IMG/VR virus record: IMGVR_UViG_3300037851_000831
Span: 1 to 64,000 of that record
Direction: 5' to 3' (one strand)
From: a virus
Length of the DNA stretch: 64,000 nucleotides
A program made the translations under genes and the position numbers. The notes beneath the pieces are model-generated. The model was not told where the DNA came from. It saw only the letters and a program-made list of their open reading frames with translations, and did not search any database. Below, piece after piece: positions 38,484-48,291 of this stretch (positions are counted from its first letter, which is position 1; each line of letters starts with the position of its first letter).

Positions 38484-38777
38484 TCAGTGGATTTTTCTTA
38501 GAAGGTCGAGACCCCGGTCAATCTCTGCACGCTGCTTCTCCAGTTCCTTGATCTTTCGATCCACCCAGCGAATTTCAAATTCCGCAATGGAGTAAACGTA
38601 CTTGAGAGGCAAGCCATCAGACAACCATATGCCGCCGATCTGCTGATCGCCGTTAAGATCGAAAAAACCGGTAAACTGAAACGCTTCCCAAATGATGCGT
38701 TTCGCATTTATGTATCGGCGACCCATGTAGTACTCGCCGATACGCAGTGTGTCGCGGTCTATTTCTTTGAAGGTCAT
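38484..38777 (-). CDS. Hypothetical protein
   Basis: ATGA overlap. Confidence 0.65.
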   Translation of the reverse strand: MTFKEIDRDTLRIGEYYMGRRYINAKRIIWEAFQFTGFFDLNGDQQIGGIWLSDGLPLKYVYSIAEFEIRWVDRKIKELEKQRAEIDRGLDLLRKIH

Positions 38778-39877
38778 TTTAGAATCTGGAAGACGAGTTT
38801 CTTGGTGTCATCCTCCGCGAGCGGCTTGCCGTCGAGAAGTTTGAACGCCATGCCCGAGCGGTTGGTGTTGCCCCACGCCTGAATGATCGCCAACGCCGCA
38901 TCCTTGCGCGGCTTGCCCTTCAACGGCTCCACGAAGGAACGCATTGACGAAAGAATCTTCTCAACCTCCTTGATGGAGTCGCAAATCTTGGAGATATGCG
39001 GAACCGCCATCGTCGCAATCTCGAAGTCGAAGGTATCCGTCAGGAAGTTGAAGAAATCCATGTACGAGAGGTAGCCACCCCGCTGCTTTGACTCACCGAG
39101 GTAAACGTCAAGAACTTTCTCGAACGAAGAAATCTCCGACTTCGCACGGTGGAGATAAAGATACTCCGCGCCCTTCACCTTGCGAACGTGCTGGTCGTGG
39201 TCGAAATAAACGCACAGACCCTCCTTACCCGCGAACGCCTCAACCGACGCCTTCATCTCTTCGATGGAGTTGTAGTTATAACGCTGCGGGCGACGGAGAC
39301 CAAACTCCGCTGCAATCTTGTCGAGTTCACGCTGCGACGTATAAGAATAGTCGTCGTGGTTGATGATGTTCGTGAGAACGATATCAACATCCGGACCGTA
39401 GTCGATAACGATACGGTTGGTCGGAGACAACCACTCGAAGACGAGCGTCGCCTTGCCCGCAAAACGCTGCTGGAGACGAAAGAGTGCGTACGAATACTTC
39501 TTCTCGATCAGGTCAATCTCCTGACCGTTCGCCTGCTCACGCGCATTGGTCGTGCCACGGGTACGCCAAATCCAAAAATCCAAGAGCCACGACAAAAGAA
39601 GGGTTGAACCGTCGAGTTTCTCCATCAGAGAAGAACCGTTCAGGTTGGTCGGGATCGGATCAATGTCAGGCTGCTCTTCCCAATTGAAGAACTTCTTGTA
39701 GGAAAGGGAAACCGGCTCACCATCCTTCGTCCAGACGGATGAGCGGAAGATCAGGTTGTGCTTGTTCCACTTCGCGCCGATGTGGATCGGCTGAACCAAA
39801 TAGCACTCAACACCCGCAATCGTATGCGGATGAATCATAAATGACTCACGGTCAATCGTGTCGAGGTTGATTTTCAT
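38774..39877 (-). CDS. RNA ligase, T4 Rnl1-like
   Basis: KFFN, EKLDGS (motif I), FEW, NRIV, EGLCV, KVK. Confidence 0.9.
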   Translation of the reverse strand: MKINLDTIDRESFMIHPHTIAGVECYLVQPIHIGAKWNKHNLIFRSSVWTKDGEPVSLSYKKFFNWEEQPDIDPIPTNLNGSSLMEKLDGSTLLLSWLLDFWIWRTRGTTNAREQANGQEIDLIEKKYSYALFRLQQRFAGKATLVFEWLSPTNRIVIDYGPDVDIVLTNIINHDDYSYTSQRELDKIAAEFGLRRPQRYNYNSIEEMKASVEAFAGKEGLCVYFDHDQHVRKVKGAEYLYLHRAKSEISSFEKVLDVYLGESKQRGGYLSYMDFFNFLTDTFDFEIATMAVPHISKICDSIKEVEKILSSMRSFVEPLKGKPRKDAALAIIQAWGNTNRSGMAFKLLDGKPLAEDDTKKLVFQILK

Positions 39878-39916
39878 GTGGAAGGAGTGTGGGGATTTTT
39901 TTGAACTTGTCAAGCC

Positions 39917-40204
39917 CTACACATCATAAACATCAACTTCGCGATGTTCGATGTGGAGTTCCATCAGACAGCCGTAGGTCTTGTCACGGGTGCCAGCGAG
40001 TTCGAGTCGCTTGGCGATTTCCTGCGAAGCCTTCTCGGGCGTCAGTTCGTAGTAGTAGCAACCCTGTGTCAGACTGCCCCGACCATGAAGGAAGCACTTA
40101 CCGTCAGCCCGAACTTCAATCGTTCCGATGGAGTGGAAGTAGCGATATCCACCCTCGAAGTATTCACCGCCGAGACCCACGAAGAGCGACTTCATCTTTT
40201 TCAT
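39917..40204 (-). CDS. Hypothetical protein
   Basis: Promoter-linked ATG. Confidence 0.65.
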   Translation of the reverse strand: MKKMKSLFVGLGGEYFEGGYRYFHSIGTIEVRADGKCFLHGRGSLTQGCYYYELTPEKASQEIAKRLELAGTRDKTYGCLMELHIEHREVDVYDV

Positions 40205-40261
40205 GGCGCAGAGTATGGCACCATAATAAAAGAAGTCAAGCCTTCCCGTGTAAAAAATCTG

Positions 40262-40501
40262 TCAATTCGTCTTCTTGATTACCGATTCCGGAAGCGTCAA
40301 GAAAGTAGCCTTCCATGGCGTACCGTCGGGAGTGGTGTGCATCCGATAACAGGTCTCGCCCGGCTTCATCTTGCCCCAAGCAAGGCGCACGTTCTTCGGC
40401 GTGAAGTCGATGATCTACCCCAGCACGAGATTGCGATAACCCGGTTCCTCGAAAGCAACCGTGTCGCCGATGTTCAGGTCTTGACCGAAGAAATCTTTCA
40501 T
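40262..40501 (-). pseudogene. 80-codon ORF interrupted by an in-frame TAG at codon 29
   Basis: MKDFFGQDLNIGDTVAF...LVLG*IIDFTPKNVRL...; TAG at 40415-40417. Confidence 0.65.
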
Positions 40502-40510
40502 ATCATCCTT

Positions 40511-40756
40511 TCAAAAGCCGGGTTTCAAAAGCCTTGCGATGGCTTTCGCGTCGTCGGGATGGGATTTCAGGTTGAGGCTCACACTCTCGCCCCATACATT
40601 TACATCCCAATCACATTTCTCCTCGTTCCAAGAAAAGGCGCAGAACCCCGCTGACGTTGGCTCACCGCGATACTTCAATCGTACATCGGAGTGCTGGGCG
40701 TAATCGCCCACAAGCACGGGTTGATTGACATCGAATATGACGTACTTGATTTTCAT
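40511..40756 (-). CDS. Hypothetical protein (SAGF...GESVSL)
   Basis: ATGA overlap. Confidence 0.7.
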   Translation of the reverse strand: MKIKYVIFDVNQPVLVGDYAQHSDVRLKYRGEPTSAGFCAFSWNEEKCDWDVNVWGESVSLNLKSHPDDAKAIARLLKPGF

Positions 40757-40998
40757 ACGCGAATTATAGTTCCGTCAAGGGAAACGTCAGTTCCCCACTT
40801 TTCTTTTGCGAACTTGATGGAGTCGAGGATTGCTTCCTCCTGCGTGTCTCCACAACCACGGGCACCGATGGTACCTTGCCACTGAACCGAAGCCGTCCAG
40901 CCCCTTTTACTTAACGTCAGGGTTAGACGCTTGAACGGGCAAGGGTTGTGGCGATGCGCAATTGTGCGCTCAACCATTTCTGGAGTCATGCCTTTCAT
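40753..40998 (-). CDS. Hypothetical protein
   Basis: ATGA overlap; GDTQEEA (HicB-like motif). Confidence 0.6.
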   Translation of the reverse strand: MKGMTPEMVERTIAHRHNPCPFKRLTLTLSKRGWTASVQWQGTIGARGCGDTQEEAILDSIKFAKEKWGTDVSLDGTIIRV

Positions 40999-41378
40999 GC
41001 GACCATGCGACAGCGATTAACGTGCTGCCAAACCCGGTCAATGGTGTCGTAAACATCACCCGTGCGATTCCACGTCGGAATGAGATACACGTCAAAACTC
41101 GTCGCGAACATCAGCGGAGCATTGCGGCGAAGGTAATCCCGATGATACGTGCCGGGCAAGCCATTCCAATCCCGGTACGGATAAATCTCTCCCTTGGGAT
41201 TCATACGCACCTTGCCGAGAAGGGCTTGACGATCAGCGAGGCGACCCTTGAGAACCGCACGGAACCCGGTGCCACGAACGGCGCGGCGGATGATCGGGAT
41301 CATATCCCGGTCGGTCGGGTTGTTCTCCAGCGTGCAAAGATAACGATCGGAGGTGTGGGTGTCGAGATTGCGTTGCAT
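40995..41378 (-). CDS. Hypothetical protein
   Basis: Promoter-linked ATG. Confidence 0.7.
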   Translation of the reverse strand: MQRNLDTHTSDRYLCTLENNPTDRDMIPIIRRAVRGTGFRAVLKGRLADRQALLGKVRMNPKGEIYPYRDWNGLPGTYHRDYLRRNAPLMFATSFDVYLIPTWNRTGDVYDTIDRVWQHVNRCRMVA

Positions 41379-41409
41379 GACGACGATTAGATCAGGATTC
41401 TAAAAAAAG

Positions 41410-41748
41410 TCAAGATGCGTCAACCGATTTTGTTGCGAGAGTTCCAACTTTCTTTCCATCGGAGAGGAACACGTAATGGTCGTTGTGGAGTTCAACCGTC
41501 CAATTCTTTTTCCACGACGCTGCTTCTCCTAGTTGCTTCTCATGTGGAACCGCACCCGGATCAACGGCTGGCGGGCGACCGCGACGCTTTGCGGCGACCA
41601 TCGTCGGCGCATGGGCATCGCGCACGATGGAAGAAGCCTTGGCGATCTGCGCGTCAGGATCAAGTTCCTTTGGCTTGTTCTTCGAGCCCGGAGGGCGACC
41701 CTTCCGCTTGGGCTTTACTTCCTCTTCAAGTAGTTCATCAAGTTGCAC
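41410..41748 (-). CDS. AT-hook-like DNA-binding protein (start uncertain)
   Basis: KRKGRPPGSKNK and KRRGRPP motifs. Confidence 0.6.
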   Translation of the reverse strand: MQLDELLEEEVKPKRKGRPPGSKNKPKELDPDAQIAKASSIVRDAHAPTMVAAKRRGRPPAVDPGAVPHEKQLGEAASWKKNWTVELHNDHYVFLSDGKKVGTLATKSVDAS

Positions 41749-42139
41749 GGCGCAACGCTGCCTTTCTACGGTCAAGGTCTGCCTGCTGTTGGCGGATGTG
41801 CTCTTCTTCCCAACGAAGGCGACGCTCTTTGATTGCGAGTTCTTTCTTCGCCTTGTTCTCGCGAGCCTTCTGGAGAACCGTAGCAGTGTCGCATGACTTG
41901 CCCGCACTCACGAACTTGTGAATCTCCACCTTGTCTTTGATGGCTTCGGGGATGTGTGCAAGACCAGCCTTCGCCTGCCCCTCGGTGTAATAAATCTTCT
42001 TCGGCGGTCTCCAGCCGTAGAGACCACTGCCACCGCTGCCGTAGTTCTTCCAGTAGCGGGAGAAACTGTCGGGCGTCAGAACGAACCCGTCGAGCATAAG
42101 CACGAAGAGTTCTTTTGTTTCAATGGGTTTGCGAGCCAT
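41738..42139 (-). CDS. Hypothetical protein
   Basis: 133 aa ORF. Confidence 0.7.
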   Translation of the reverse strand: MARKPIETKELFVLMLDGFVLTPDSFSRYWKNYGSGGSGLYGWRPPKKIYYTEGQAKAGLAHIPEAIKDKVEIHKFVSAGKSCDTATVLQKARENKAKKELAIKERRLRWEEEHIRQQQADLDRRKAALRRAT

Positions 42140-42142
42140 AAA

Positions 42143-42520
42143 TCACTCGTCTCCTTGGTCGGCACGAGACATGCGCTCGTACATCTGCTCCATGGAACGG
42201 AGGTGCTGCGCCTGTTCGGCAGCGGCTTCGTCGGGCGTCTGGAGAAGGTCGGCAACGTCTCGAAGCGGCTCGGGCATGAGGCTGACTTCCTGACCATCAG
42301 CCGAGACGATAGCGCCTTGGTTGTTCAGGTCTTCCCACATTTCGACGATGCCATCCGTTCCCATGTTTTCGAGGAGGTTGAGGTAATCGTCAGCGAAGGA
42401 ATCCGCCTCAACCTCCTCATCGGTGAACCCGAAGTTCGTGCGGGCAACAACCTTCTGCTCGTGGAGCGGGAGAGCGTAAAGACGTTCGATGACTTGCGTG
42501 CGAACTTCTGTGATGTGCAT
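42143..42520 (-). CDS. Acidic hypothetical protein
   Basis: Promoter-linked ATG. Confidence 0.7.
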   Translation of the reverse strand: MHITEVRTQVIERLYALPLHEQKVVARTNFGFTDEEVEADSFADDYLNLLENMGTDGIVEMWEDLNNQGAIVSADGQEVSLMPEPLRDVADLLQTPDEAAAEQAQHLRSMEQMYERMSRADQGDE

Positions 42521-42543
42521 GGAAGAAGGTTGACAGGTTTCTT

Positions 42544-42816
42544 TTAGTTTGTCAAGGCTTCGCCGAAAACTTTTCTCAAAAGAGAGCGGCATCCATCCGC
42601 CGACCACTGCTTGCATCGGTGGCTATTGTAGTACGACCACACGAAAGCCTTGCGCTGACCATCGGTGAATCCCCAACTATAAGCGACCTTATCAGGGTCA
42701 TCCATCTTGGTCACGTTGGCGGGAAACCCGATGGCTTCCTCAACCTGCTTGGCTGTGAGACCGGTCAAACTGGATGTACGAGACCGACCAACTTCGGCGA
42801 CGGGTGTGAGTTTCAT
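42544..42816 (-). CDS. Hypothetical protein
   Basis: Promoter-linked ATG. Confidence 0.7.
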   Translation of the reverse strand: MKLTPVAEVGRSRTSSLTGLTAKQVEEAIGFPANVTKMDDPDKVAYSWGFTDGQRKAFVWSYYNSHRCKQWSADGCRSLLRKVFGEALTN

Positions 42817-42859
42817 GGTTCCAACGCTACAGAGTTTTTTTAGTTTGTCAAGCCCTTGA

Positions 42860-43225
42860 TCAAAAATACCAGCGACGATGATTGCGGGCAGCGTAGTGAT
42901 AACCCAGCGTGAACATCCGCCAGAAATTCGTATCCTGTTCCGTGAGAGGGTTCTCAAACCGAATGGCAAGCACCCAATGCTCCCTCTTTACAATCTTCGG
43001 AGGGCGACCAAACCAGCGAGCAACCTTTTCCTCACGGGGTTGATTGACGATGTAAAACCCTGCGGGCTTCTGCACACCCTTGAGGAATGCAAAGTTTTCG
43101 CTCTCCTCGAAGAAGGCAATCATATCCCGAAGGAGTTCCTTCTGTTCTGCCGCCGTCTCCTTACGGGGAGAACAGGTCAGGTTCGAGAAGATTACGTGGT
43201 CCTGGTCAATGGTAATTGTTTCCAT
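42860..43225 (-). CDS. Hypothetical protein
   Basis: ATG 5 nt after upstream stop. Confidence 0.65.
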   Translation of the reverse strand: METITIDQDHVIFSNLTCSPRKETAAEQKELLRDMIAFFEESENFAFLKGVQKPAGFYIVNQPREEKVARWFGRPPKIVKREHWVLAIRFENPLTEQDTNFWRMFTLGYHYAARNHRRWYF

Positions 43226-43230
43226 AAAGT

Positions 43231-43590
43231 TTACCAACCCCAGCGGTCGGTGGGAGCCGTGTAGCCGAGTTTCTCCAATTCGGCGCAGATCATGTTGTAG
43301 CACATCTTCTTCGCCATCATGTAATCGTAATCCCTCTCACCGGGGCGGAAGTTGTTCCACTGGTTGTTGGGCTTGTTCTTCATGATCGCCACGGCGAGGG
43401 CATGACCGCCTGCGTACTCATCCTGAAACCCATAGAGGTTGTAGTGGGCGATGAACCCGGAAGACAGATACAGGAAGTTGTAAGCCTGCTTGGTGAGGAA
43501 TGTCGTGTCAGCATTCTTGACGCATTTGACCACGTTCGACGTGATCATCTTCATCTGGCGAAGGGTGAGCGGGACGAGCGGCTTGTTCAT
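43231..43590 (-). CDS. Hypothetical phage protein (GFIAHYNLYGF)
   Basis: Promoter-linked ATG. Confidence 0.75.
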   Translation of the reverse strand: MNKPLVPLTLRQMKMITSNVVKCVKNADTTFLTKQAYNFLYLSSGFIAHYNLYGFQDEYAGGHALAVAIMKNKPNNQWNNFRPGERDYDYMMAKKMCYNMICAELEKLGYTAPTDRWGW

Positions 43591-43645
43591 GTGAAGAATA
43601 TTGGCAGGCTTGAGCGGTTTTGTCAAGCCTGCCGGGCGATTTATT

Positions 43646-44299
43646 TTACTTGCGGGCGAATTCCTGAATGACCGAGATGAGTTTCTTCGCGAGTTCCGGC
43701 TTGAGGCTCTTCAAGTCGAGGTCAACCGAATCGCTGCCGTTGATGCGGGCGTCGCCGTAGCCGATGCGACCGAAGTCACCCTGCCCGTTGAAAACGTTGA
43801 TAACCGCCTTGAGTTCACCCGGCCGGATTTCGACCGTGCGCACATCGACCATCGACGCGAGTTCACGGATCAGAGAATTCTTGCCATCGTTGTACTTGAC
43901 ATACTCGGCAACCTTTTCGTTGGCAAGAATTTCAATGCGATCCGCATCCGGGATCAAGCGACGCTGAATGTCGGTCGCGATCTTCTCCGGAGCCTTATCC
44001 ATCGCCACCGTGATGGAGGGCGAAGCGATCTTGTCGTGGTTGCCGTCGTAGAGTTCCACCCAAGAGCCGTCAGCGTGGCGCGGGCGAACGTGGGAGATGA
44101 CGATACGACCACGGGCGTCGTAGGGGTTGATCGAGAGGGCGAGGCGCAGCCCGGTGTGCGTGTGCTTGACGATGAAGTGCGAGCGTACGTAGGTCGCATA
44201 GCGGTCTTCCTTGCGAATGGTGTCGGCTTCCACCACCCAAGCGGTGTTTCCGGCGAAGATCGAGTTGACGAGAGCCGTATTCGATTCGGTCGTGTTCAT
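43646..44299 (-). CDS. Hypothetical protein
   Basis: Promoter-linked ATG. Confidence 0.75.
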   Translation of the reverse strand: MNTTESNTALVNSIFAGNTAWVVEADTIRKEDRYATYVRSHFIVKHTHTGLRLALSINPYDARGRIVISHVRPRHADGSWVELYDGNHDKIASPSITVAMDKAPEKIATDIQRRLIPDADRIEILANEKVAEYVKYNDGKNSLIRELASMVDVRTVEIRPGELKAVINVFNGQGDFGRIGYGDARINGSDSVDLDLKSLKPELAKKLISVIQEFARK

Positions 44300-44343
44300 A
44301 GAAGGAACAATGACAGGTTTCTAAAAAAAGTCAATAGCCCAAC

Positions 44344-44790
44344 TCAATTTTCTTTGTAAAACTTGTGCGAACCGATGGTGATGGTAAGGGTCATTCCCTT
44401 TGTCCAGAAAGGATTAATTCGGTTCTCATGGTAATGTGTCGCCCCATCGGTAATATCTTGAAGATTTGAAGCGCAAGCCTGTTCTACGAGCCTTTGAGCG
44501 GCTTCCCAAGTCGCATGTTTGGATGCGGCGCGCACAAGAGACGCTTCACTGCGATTGTTCTTACAGGAGAACTGCTTCGGCTTGCGGATGACCTTGAGGT
44601 AAGCCGCTTCAGATGAAGCACTTGCACGGTTCTGAATCACGTTCATAACCGCGTGCAAACCCTGTTCACCGTCAACGTCTGCCTCCATAACCAACACGGC
44701 AGCAATGACTTGCTTCCCCCACGAGGGGGCGGCATGAGCCACCACCGGGATCAGAAGAAAGCAAACAATGGCGAGAAGACGCTTGAACAT
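44344..44790 (-). CDS. SleB-like cell wall hydrolase (Hydrolase_2)
   Basis: Signal peptide, EA..G...V..VI.NR, QFSC, TDGATHYH, IGSHKFY. Confidence 0.9.
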   Translation of the reverse strand: MFKRLLAIVCFLLIPVVAHAAPSWGKQVIAAVLVMEADVDGEQGLHAVMNVIQNRASASSEAAYLKVIRKPKQFSCKNNRSEASLVRAASKHATWEAAQRLVEQACASNLQDITDGATHYHENRINPFWTKGMTLTITIGSHKFYKEN

Positions 44791-44850
44791 AATCCCGCCA
44801 ATGTTAGCGAATTTTTTATGCCTGTCAAGCCTTTTGGGGCGTTTTCCCTA

Positions 44851-45072
44851 TTACCGACCGAGCCGTGCGTTGGCGATCCAAGCGTTCTCCACCTCGTCAA
44901 CGGTGACCGTGAAACCCGCTTCCTTCTCAAGATCGCGCCATTCCTTCATGATTCGGTTATAACGAACCTTGGCTTCGGCTTGTGTGCACTCGCCGTCGCA
45001 ATACAGATTCTCAGGAGAGAGGCGACCGGCGAGGCTGAGGAACTTCTTGAAGAGCGGATGTGATGCGTTCAT
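44851..45072 (-). CDS. Hypothetical protein (LSPENLYCDGE)
   Basis: Promoter-linked ATG. Confidence 0.75.
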   Translation of the reverse strand: MNASHPLFKKFLSLAGRLSPENLYCDGECTQAEAKVRYNRIMKEWRDLEKEAGFTVTVDEVENAWIANARLGR

Positions 45073-45132
45073 GTGTGGGAGGTTGACGGTTTTCTTTTAA
45101 TTTGTCAAGCCTCCTACGAAGATTTTTTTGAA

Positions 45133-45450
45133 TTAGTGAGTGTGGGAGCAATCTTTCTCTCGACCATCCCACGGGAAGGCACCGGAGTAGGAGGTGAGGG
45201 AAATGTAGGCACCACGCATCTTGCGACGCATGACCTTGCCGGTCGTGATGACCGGGAGGGTCGGATACTTGGAGCCGTGCATGATGCCCGTGCTCTTCTC
45301 GGGAGCGACGATTTCCTGCACCCAAGCCCACATCCCCTGAACTTTGGTGACGATGTAGAAATCGATGTTCGTCTGGTCGTAACCCCACGAAGAGTAGAGG
45401 ATCAGACCAGGTACCAGAGTCGTAGCGTTTCCGTCAATGATGTGCTTCAT
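45133..45450 (-). CDS. Conserved phage protein (SWGYDQTNIDFY)
   Basis: Promoter-linked ATG. Confidence 0.75.
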   Translation of the reverse strand: MKHIIDGNATTLVPGLILYSSWGYDQTNIDFYIVTKVQGMWAWVQEIVAPEKSTGIMHGSKYPTLPVITTGKVMRRKMRGAYISLTSYSGAFPWDGREKDCSHTH

Positions 45451-45495
45451 GTGATGGATTAGAACAGGATTCTAAAAAAAGTCAAGAGCACCGGC

Positions 45496-45948
45496 TCACT
45501 TTTTCGAAAATTCTTTTAGAACGACTTCCGGCTCTGTGAACGTGTGGAACCGGGCATCTCCCATGTATTGACAGATTTCGTAGATTTCGCGGAGCACTTC
45601 GAGGCACTCGTCGGAAACCTTTGGTTGCCAGCCCCATCCACCGAAGTAGTCGAAAATGTTCCTGATGTTGTCGAGCGGGTACACGTCGTCGAAGTCGTCA
45701 GACTCGGGATCGGGATTGATGTAGCGGATGTAAATTGGATCATCCTCCCCAACCGTCAACCGGTCGCCCACGGTCCACGTGCTGCCATTGCACGACACAA
45801 CCCCATTGAACTCAGGAAGTTCCTTGTTGACCTTCGCAATCAACGTGCGGAGGTATGCCTCGAAGACTTGGGTCTGCTCTGCGCACAGGGCTTCGACCTT
45901 CTTCTCGTGGTCTTCCTTCATTCGCTCGAACTTGGATTTCTTCGCCAT
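45496..45948 (-). CDS. Hypothetical protein
   Basis: 150 aa ORF. Confidence 0.7.
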   Translation of the reverse strand: MAKKSKFERMKEDHEKKVEALCAEQTQVFEAYLRTLIAKVNKELPEFNGVVSCNGSTWTVGDRLTVGEDDPIYIRYINPDPESDDFDDVYPLDNIRNIFDYFGGWGWQPKVSDECLEVLREIYEICQYMGDARFHTFTEPEVVLKEFSKK

Positions 45949-45950
45949 GG

Positions 45951-46136
45951 TTAGTTCCTCGCGGGTGAGCCACCCATCTGCTCCATCTGCGCTTTGTTGT
46001 GAATGGAACGGAAGAGGTTGATATCCTCCTGCTTGCCGCCGTATTTGACAGCGGCTTCAAGAGCCCCTTCCACGATATCCTGCAATGCCTGAAACTCCTT
46101 GGGAGTCAGGTTGAGGGTAAGGATTGGTGTGTGCAT
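45951..46136 (-). CDS. Hypothetical protein
   Basis: ATG 5 nt after upstream stop. Confidence 0.6.
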   Translation of the reverse strand: MHTPILTLNLTPKEFQALQDIVEGALEAAVKYGGKQEDINLFRSIHNKAQMEQMGGSPARN

Positions 46137-46141
46137 GGAAA

Positions 46142-46294
46142 TTAATCCTCGAAGCGGTTGCCCCACTTGCTCTTGCGGCTGTAGGAACCGGTACCCCGCG
46201 ACTGCTTCTCGACGCGTGTGCCGAGATTGATGCCCTTGCCCACCGGGGAGCGGTAGAACTTGCGGGAGGAGTTGCTTGCTTGCTTCGTTTTCAT
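46142..46294 (-). CDS. ArfA-like ribosome rescue factor (50 aa, not in ORF track)
   Basis: MKTKQASNSSRKFYRSPVGKGINLGTRVEKQSRGTGSYSRKSKWGNRFED vs E. coli ArfA [21 protein letters not shown]; own promoter at 46325. Confidence 0.7.
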   Translation of the reverse strand: MKTKQASNSSRKFYRSPVGKGINLGTRVEKQSRGTGSYSRKSKWGNRFED

Positions 46295-46312
46295 GCGCAT
46301 AACTATGGGGAA

Positions 46313-46792
46313 TTATTTTAGAAAGTCAAGACCCCACGACGAAATATTTCGCCGATGAGCCCTTCTCTCGTAGCGCCAAAGTTGCGTAAGTAGTTCTTTG
46401 AAAGCAACTCGGCGTCTTCCAATGTCGCACCAAGTTTGGCAGAAATATTCTACCTTTCTCGGAAGGATATCGCCCCAAGGATGCTTGTCGAGAGCACGTT
46501 CCACCGCCACCCCATCAAGGTGTTCAGAGTCGTAAACTCTTCCCCTGTAAGAGATAAAGGCGTGGTCGAGTTTCTCATCGCTGTCGTCGTGCAGGGTGGT
46601 GCCTGTCGTCGAGGCATAAGCAAGGAACGCCCAAATAAAACAATATCCTGAATTGATATCCTCTTGATCTACAGCGAATTGTTCCGTCATCCAATCGGTG
46701 ATTATCTCAAAGCGACTTGACACCGGCTCATCTTCCGATAAGTCGATGCCAAGTTCTTCAAACACCCACGGCCAACGGATGGCGACGCCCAT
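46313..46792 (-). CDS. Hypothetical protein (INSGYC...HAF...YDSE, papain-like triad candidate)
   Basis: C/H/D spacing. Confidence 0.6.
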   Translation of the reverse strand: MGVAIRWPWVFEELGIDLSEDEPVSSRFEIITDWMTEQFAVDQEDINSGYCFIWAFLAYASTTGTTLHDDSDEKLDHAFISYRGRVYDSEHLDGVAVERALDKHPWGDILPRKVEYFCQTWCDIGRRRVAFKELLTQLWRYERRAHRRNISSWGLDFLK

Positions 46793-46822
46793 GATTGTAA
46801 AAGTCGTAAAGGATGTAAATTT

Positions 46823-47122
46823 TTACACTTTTTCGACGAGCGACAACGGGCAGCGGAGCGACTTGTAAAAGCGCCCCATCGGCTTGTCGAGGCTCACCGT
46901 GACCTTGGTGCGGAGTACTCCGTCAACAGTCGCCTCCACCCCGGCGAGATACTTCGGACTGATGCTGCCGACGAAGCGAACTCGGTCGCCTCGGGAGAGA
47001 AGGGCGGCAGCGGTGATACTCTTCACCTGACGCCGACCACGGAGAGCGTTCTCGATCAGAGCAACGTCAGCATCACTGATGACACCCCTGACGATTTCCT
47101 CACAAAGTTTCTGCATATTCAT
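46823..47122 (-). CDS. Hypothetical SH3-like protein
   Basis: Promoter-linked ATG. Confidence 0.7.
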   Translation of the reverse strand: MNMQKLCEEIVRGVISDADVALIENALRGRRQVKSITAAALLSRGDRVRFVGSISPKYLAGVEATVDGVLRTKVTVSLDKPMGRFYKSLRCPLSLVEKV

Positions 47123-47214
47123 TGTGCCGACCATGATGACGGGTTTCTAAGAAAAGTCAAGCCACCGACCCTCTTTTCCGAAAAGTCGGTAAAAAAAGTC
47201 GGTGGCAAAACAGG

Positions 47215-48291
47215 TTAGAACGACAACTCGTTCTTGAAGAACCAAGTGCGAGCGATATTTGAGATTTCGCCCTTGACCTTGGAGAACTCGATACCGGAGG
47301 CAGCAGCGGTGTCTGATTCCTCCTTCTCAACGTCACCCACGATCCACTTGATGAACTCACCGAGGGAACGCTTGTCGGTTGGGAGACCGCGCTGGCGAAG
47401 GATATCGATACCCTGACGGCAACGATTCTCAGTCACCACATTGGCGGCGAACTCCTTCATCGAAGCGACCTTCTCCACATCAACGGCGGCGAGAGTCTTG
47501 ACCTTCGAAGCAGAGTGCTTCTCACCCTTGACCTTGAAGCGGAACTTCGGGTCTTCCCAACCGGGAGTGATGCAGCGCCAGACGATGCCTTCACCGACAC
47601 CGGAGACGCCGAACGACCAAGCGACCGGGCAAAGTTCCTCAACCTTGATAGTCAGGTCGGAGAGTTGATTCTGCGACTTCTGTGGAAACTCGAAGTCGAT
47701 ATCAATCTCAGCGGTAGCGAAATCATAAATGTTGAAAATACCCGACGACTTGTTGTGGATACGCTTGACGACTTCCTTTGACTGCCACACGCCGTCAATA
47801 CGAATGTCGAAGATGACAAACATCTTGGGAAGTTCAGCAATGGCGACACCCTTCTGAATGTTGCCACCACACCACTCACCGTAGATGATGGTCTCGACAC
47901 CCTGCGGCATCTTGGGCGAGCCATCCGACCACTGCGAGTCGAAGAGAGGCTCCCAAATTTCACGACGACCGGCGTTGATCAGGTCAAGTTCGGGATTGCT
48001 CATGAAGCGAACAAAACCGGCATTGTCGTTGAGAATGTCAATGATCTTCTCGCGAGACTGAAACCAATGACCACTCTGACCATCGCCGTTGATGGAGTAA
48101 TCGCGAAGGAGACCGATGGCGGCGTTGGTGCCGTGGAGTTTCACGGTGCCTTCGAACTTCAGAGTCGGAAGGGGATTGGTGTTGTAGATCGGCTCGTCGT
48201 TTGCATCGCGCCCGGCGTAGCGAGCGGTGGAAGTGACGTGATGAACAGCATTGCGGAACTGCTCAATCGAAGGATAGGATACGTGTTTCAT
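47215..48291 (-). CDS. RNA ligase, Rnl2-like
   Basis: VKLHGTN, QSR, YGEWCG, GEGIVW, FKVKGEKH. Confidence 0.9.
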   Translation of the reverse strand: MKHVSYPSIEQFRNAVHHVTSTARYAGRDANDEPIYNTNPLPTLKFEGTVKLHGTNAAIGLLRDYSINGDGQSGHWFQSREKIIDILNDNAGFVRFMSNPELDLINAGRREIWEPLFDSQWSDGSPKMPQGVETIIYGEWCGGNIQKGVAIAELPKMFVIFDIRIDGVWQSKEVVKRIHNKSSGIFNIYDFATAEIDIDFEFPQKSQNQLSDLTIKVEELCPVAWSFGVSGVGEGIVWRCITPGWEDPKFRFKVKGEKHSASKVKTLAAVDVEKVASMKEFAANVVTENRCRQGIDILRQRGLPTDKRSLGEFIKWIVGDVEKEESDTAAASGIEFSKVKGEISNIARTWFFKNELSF

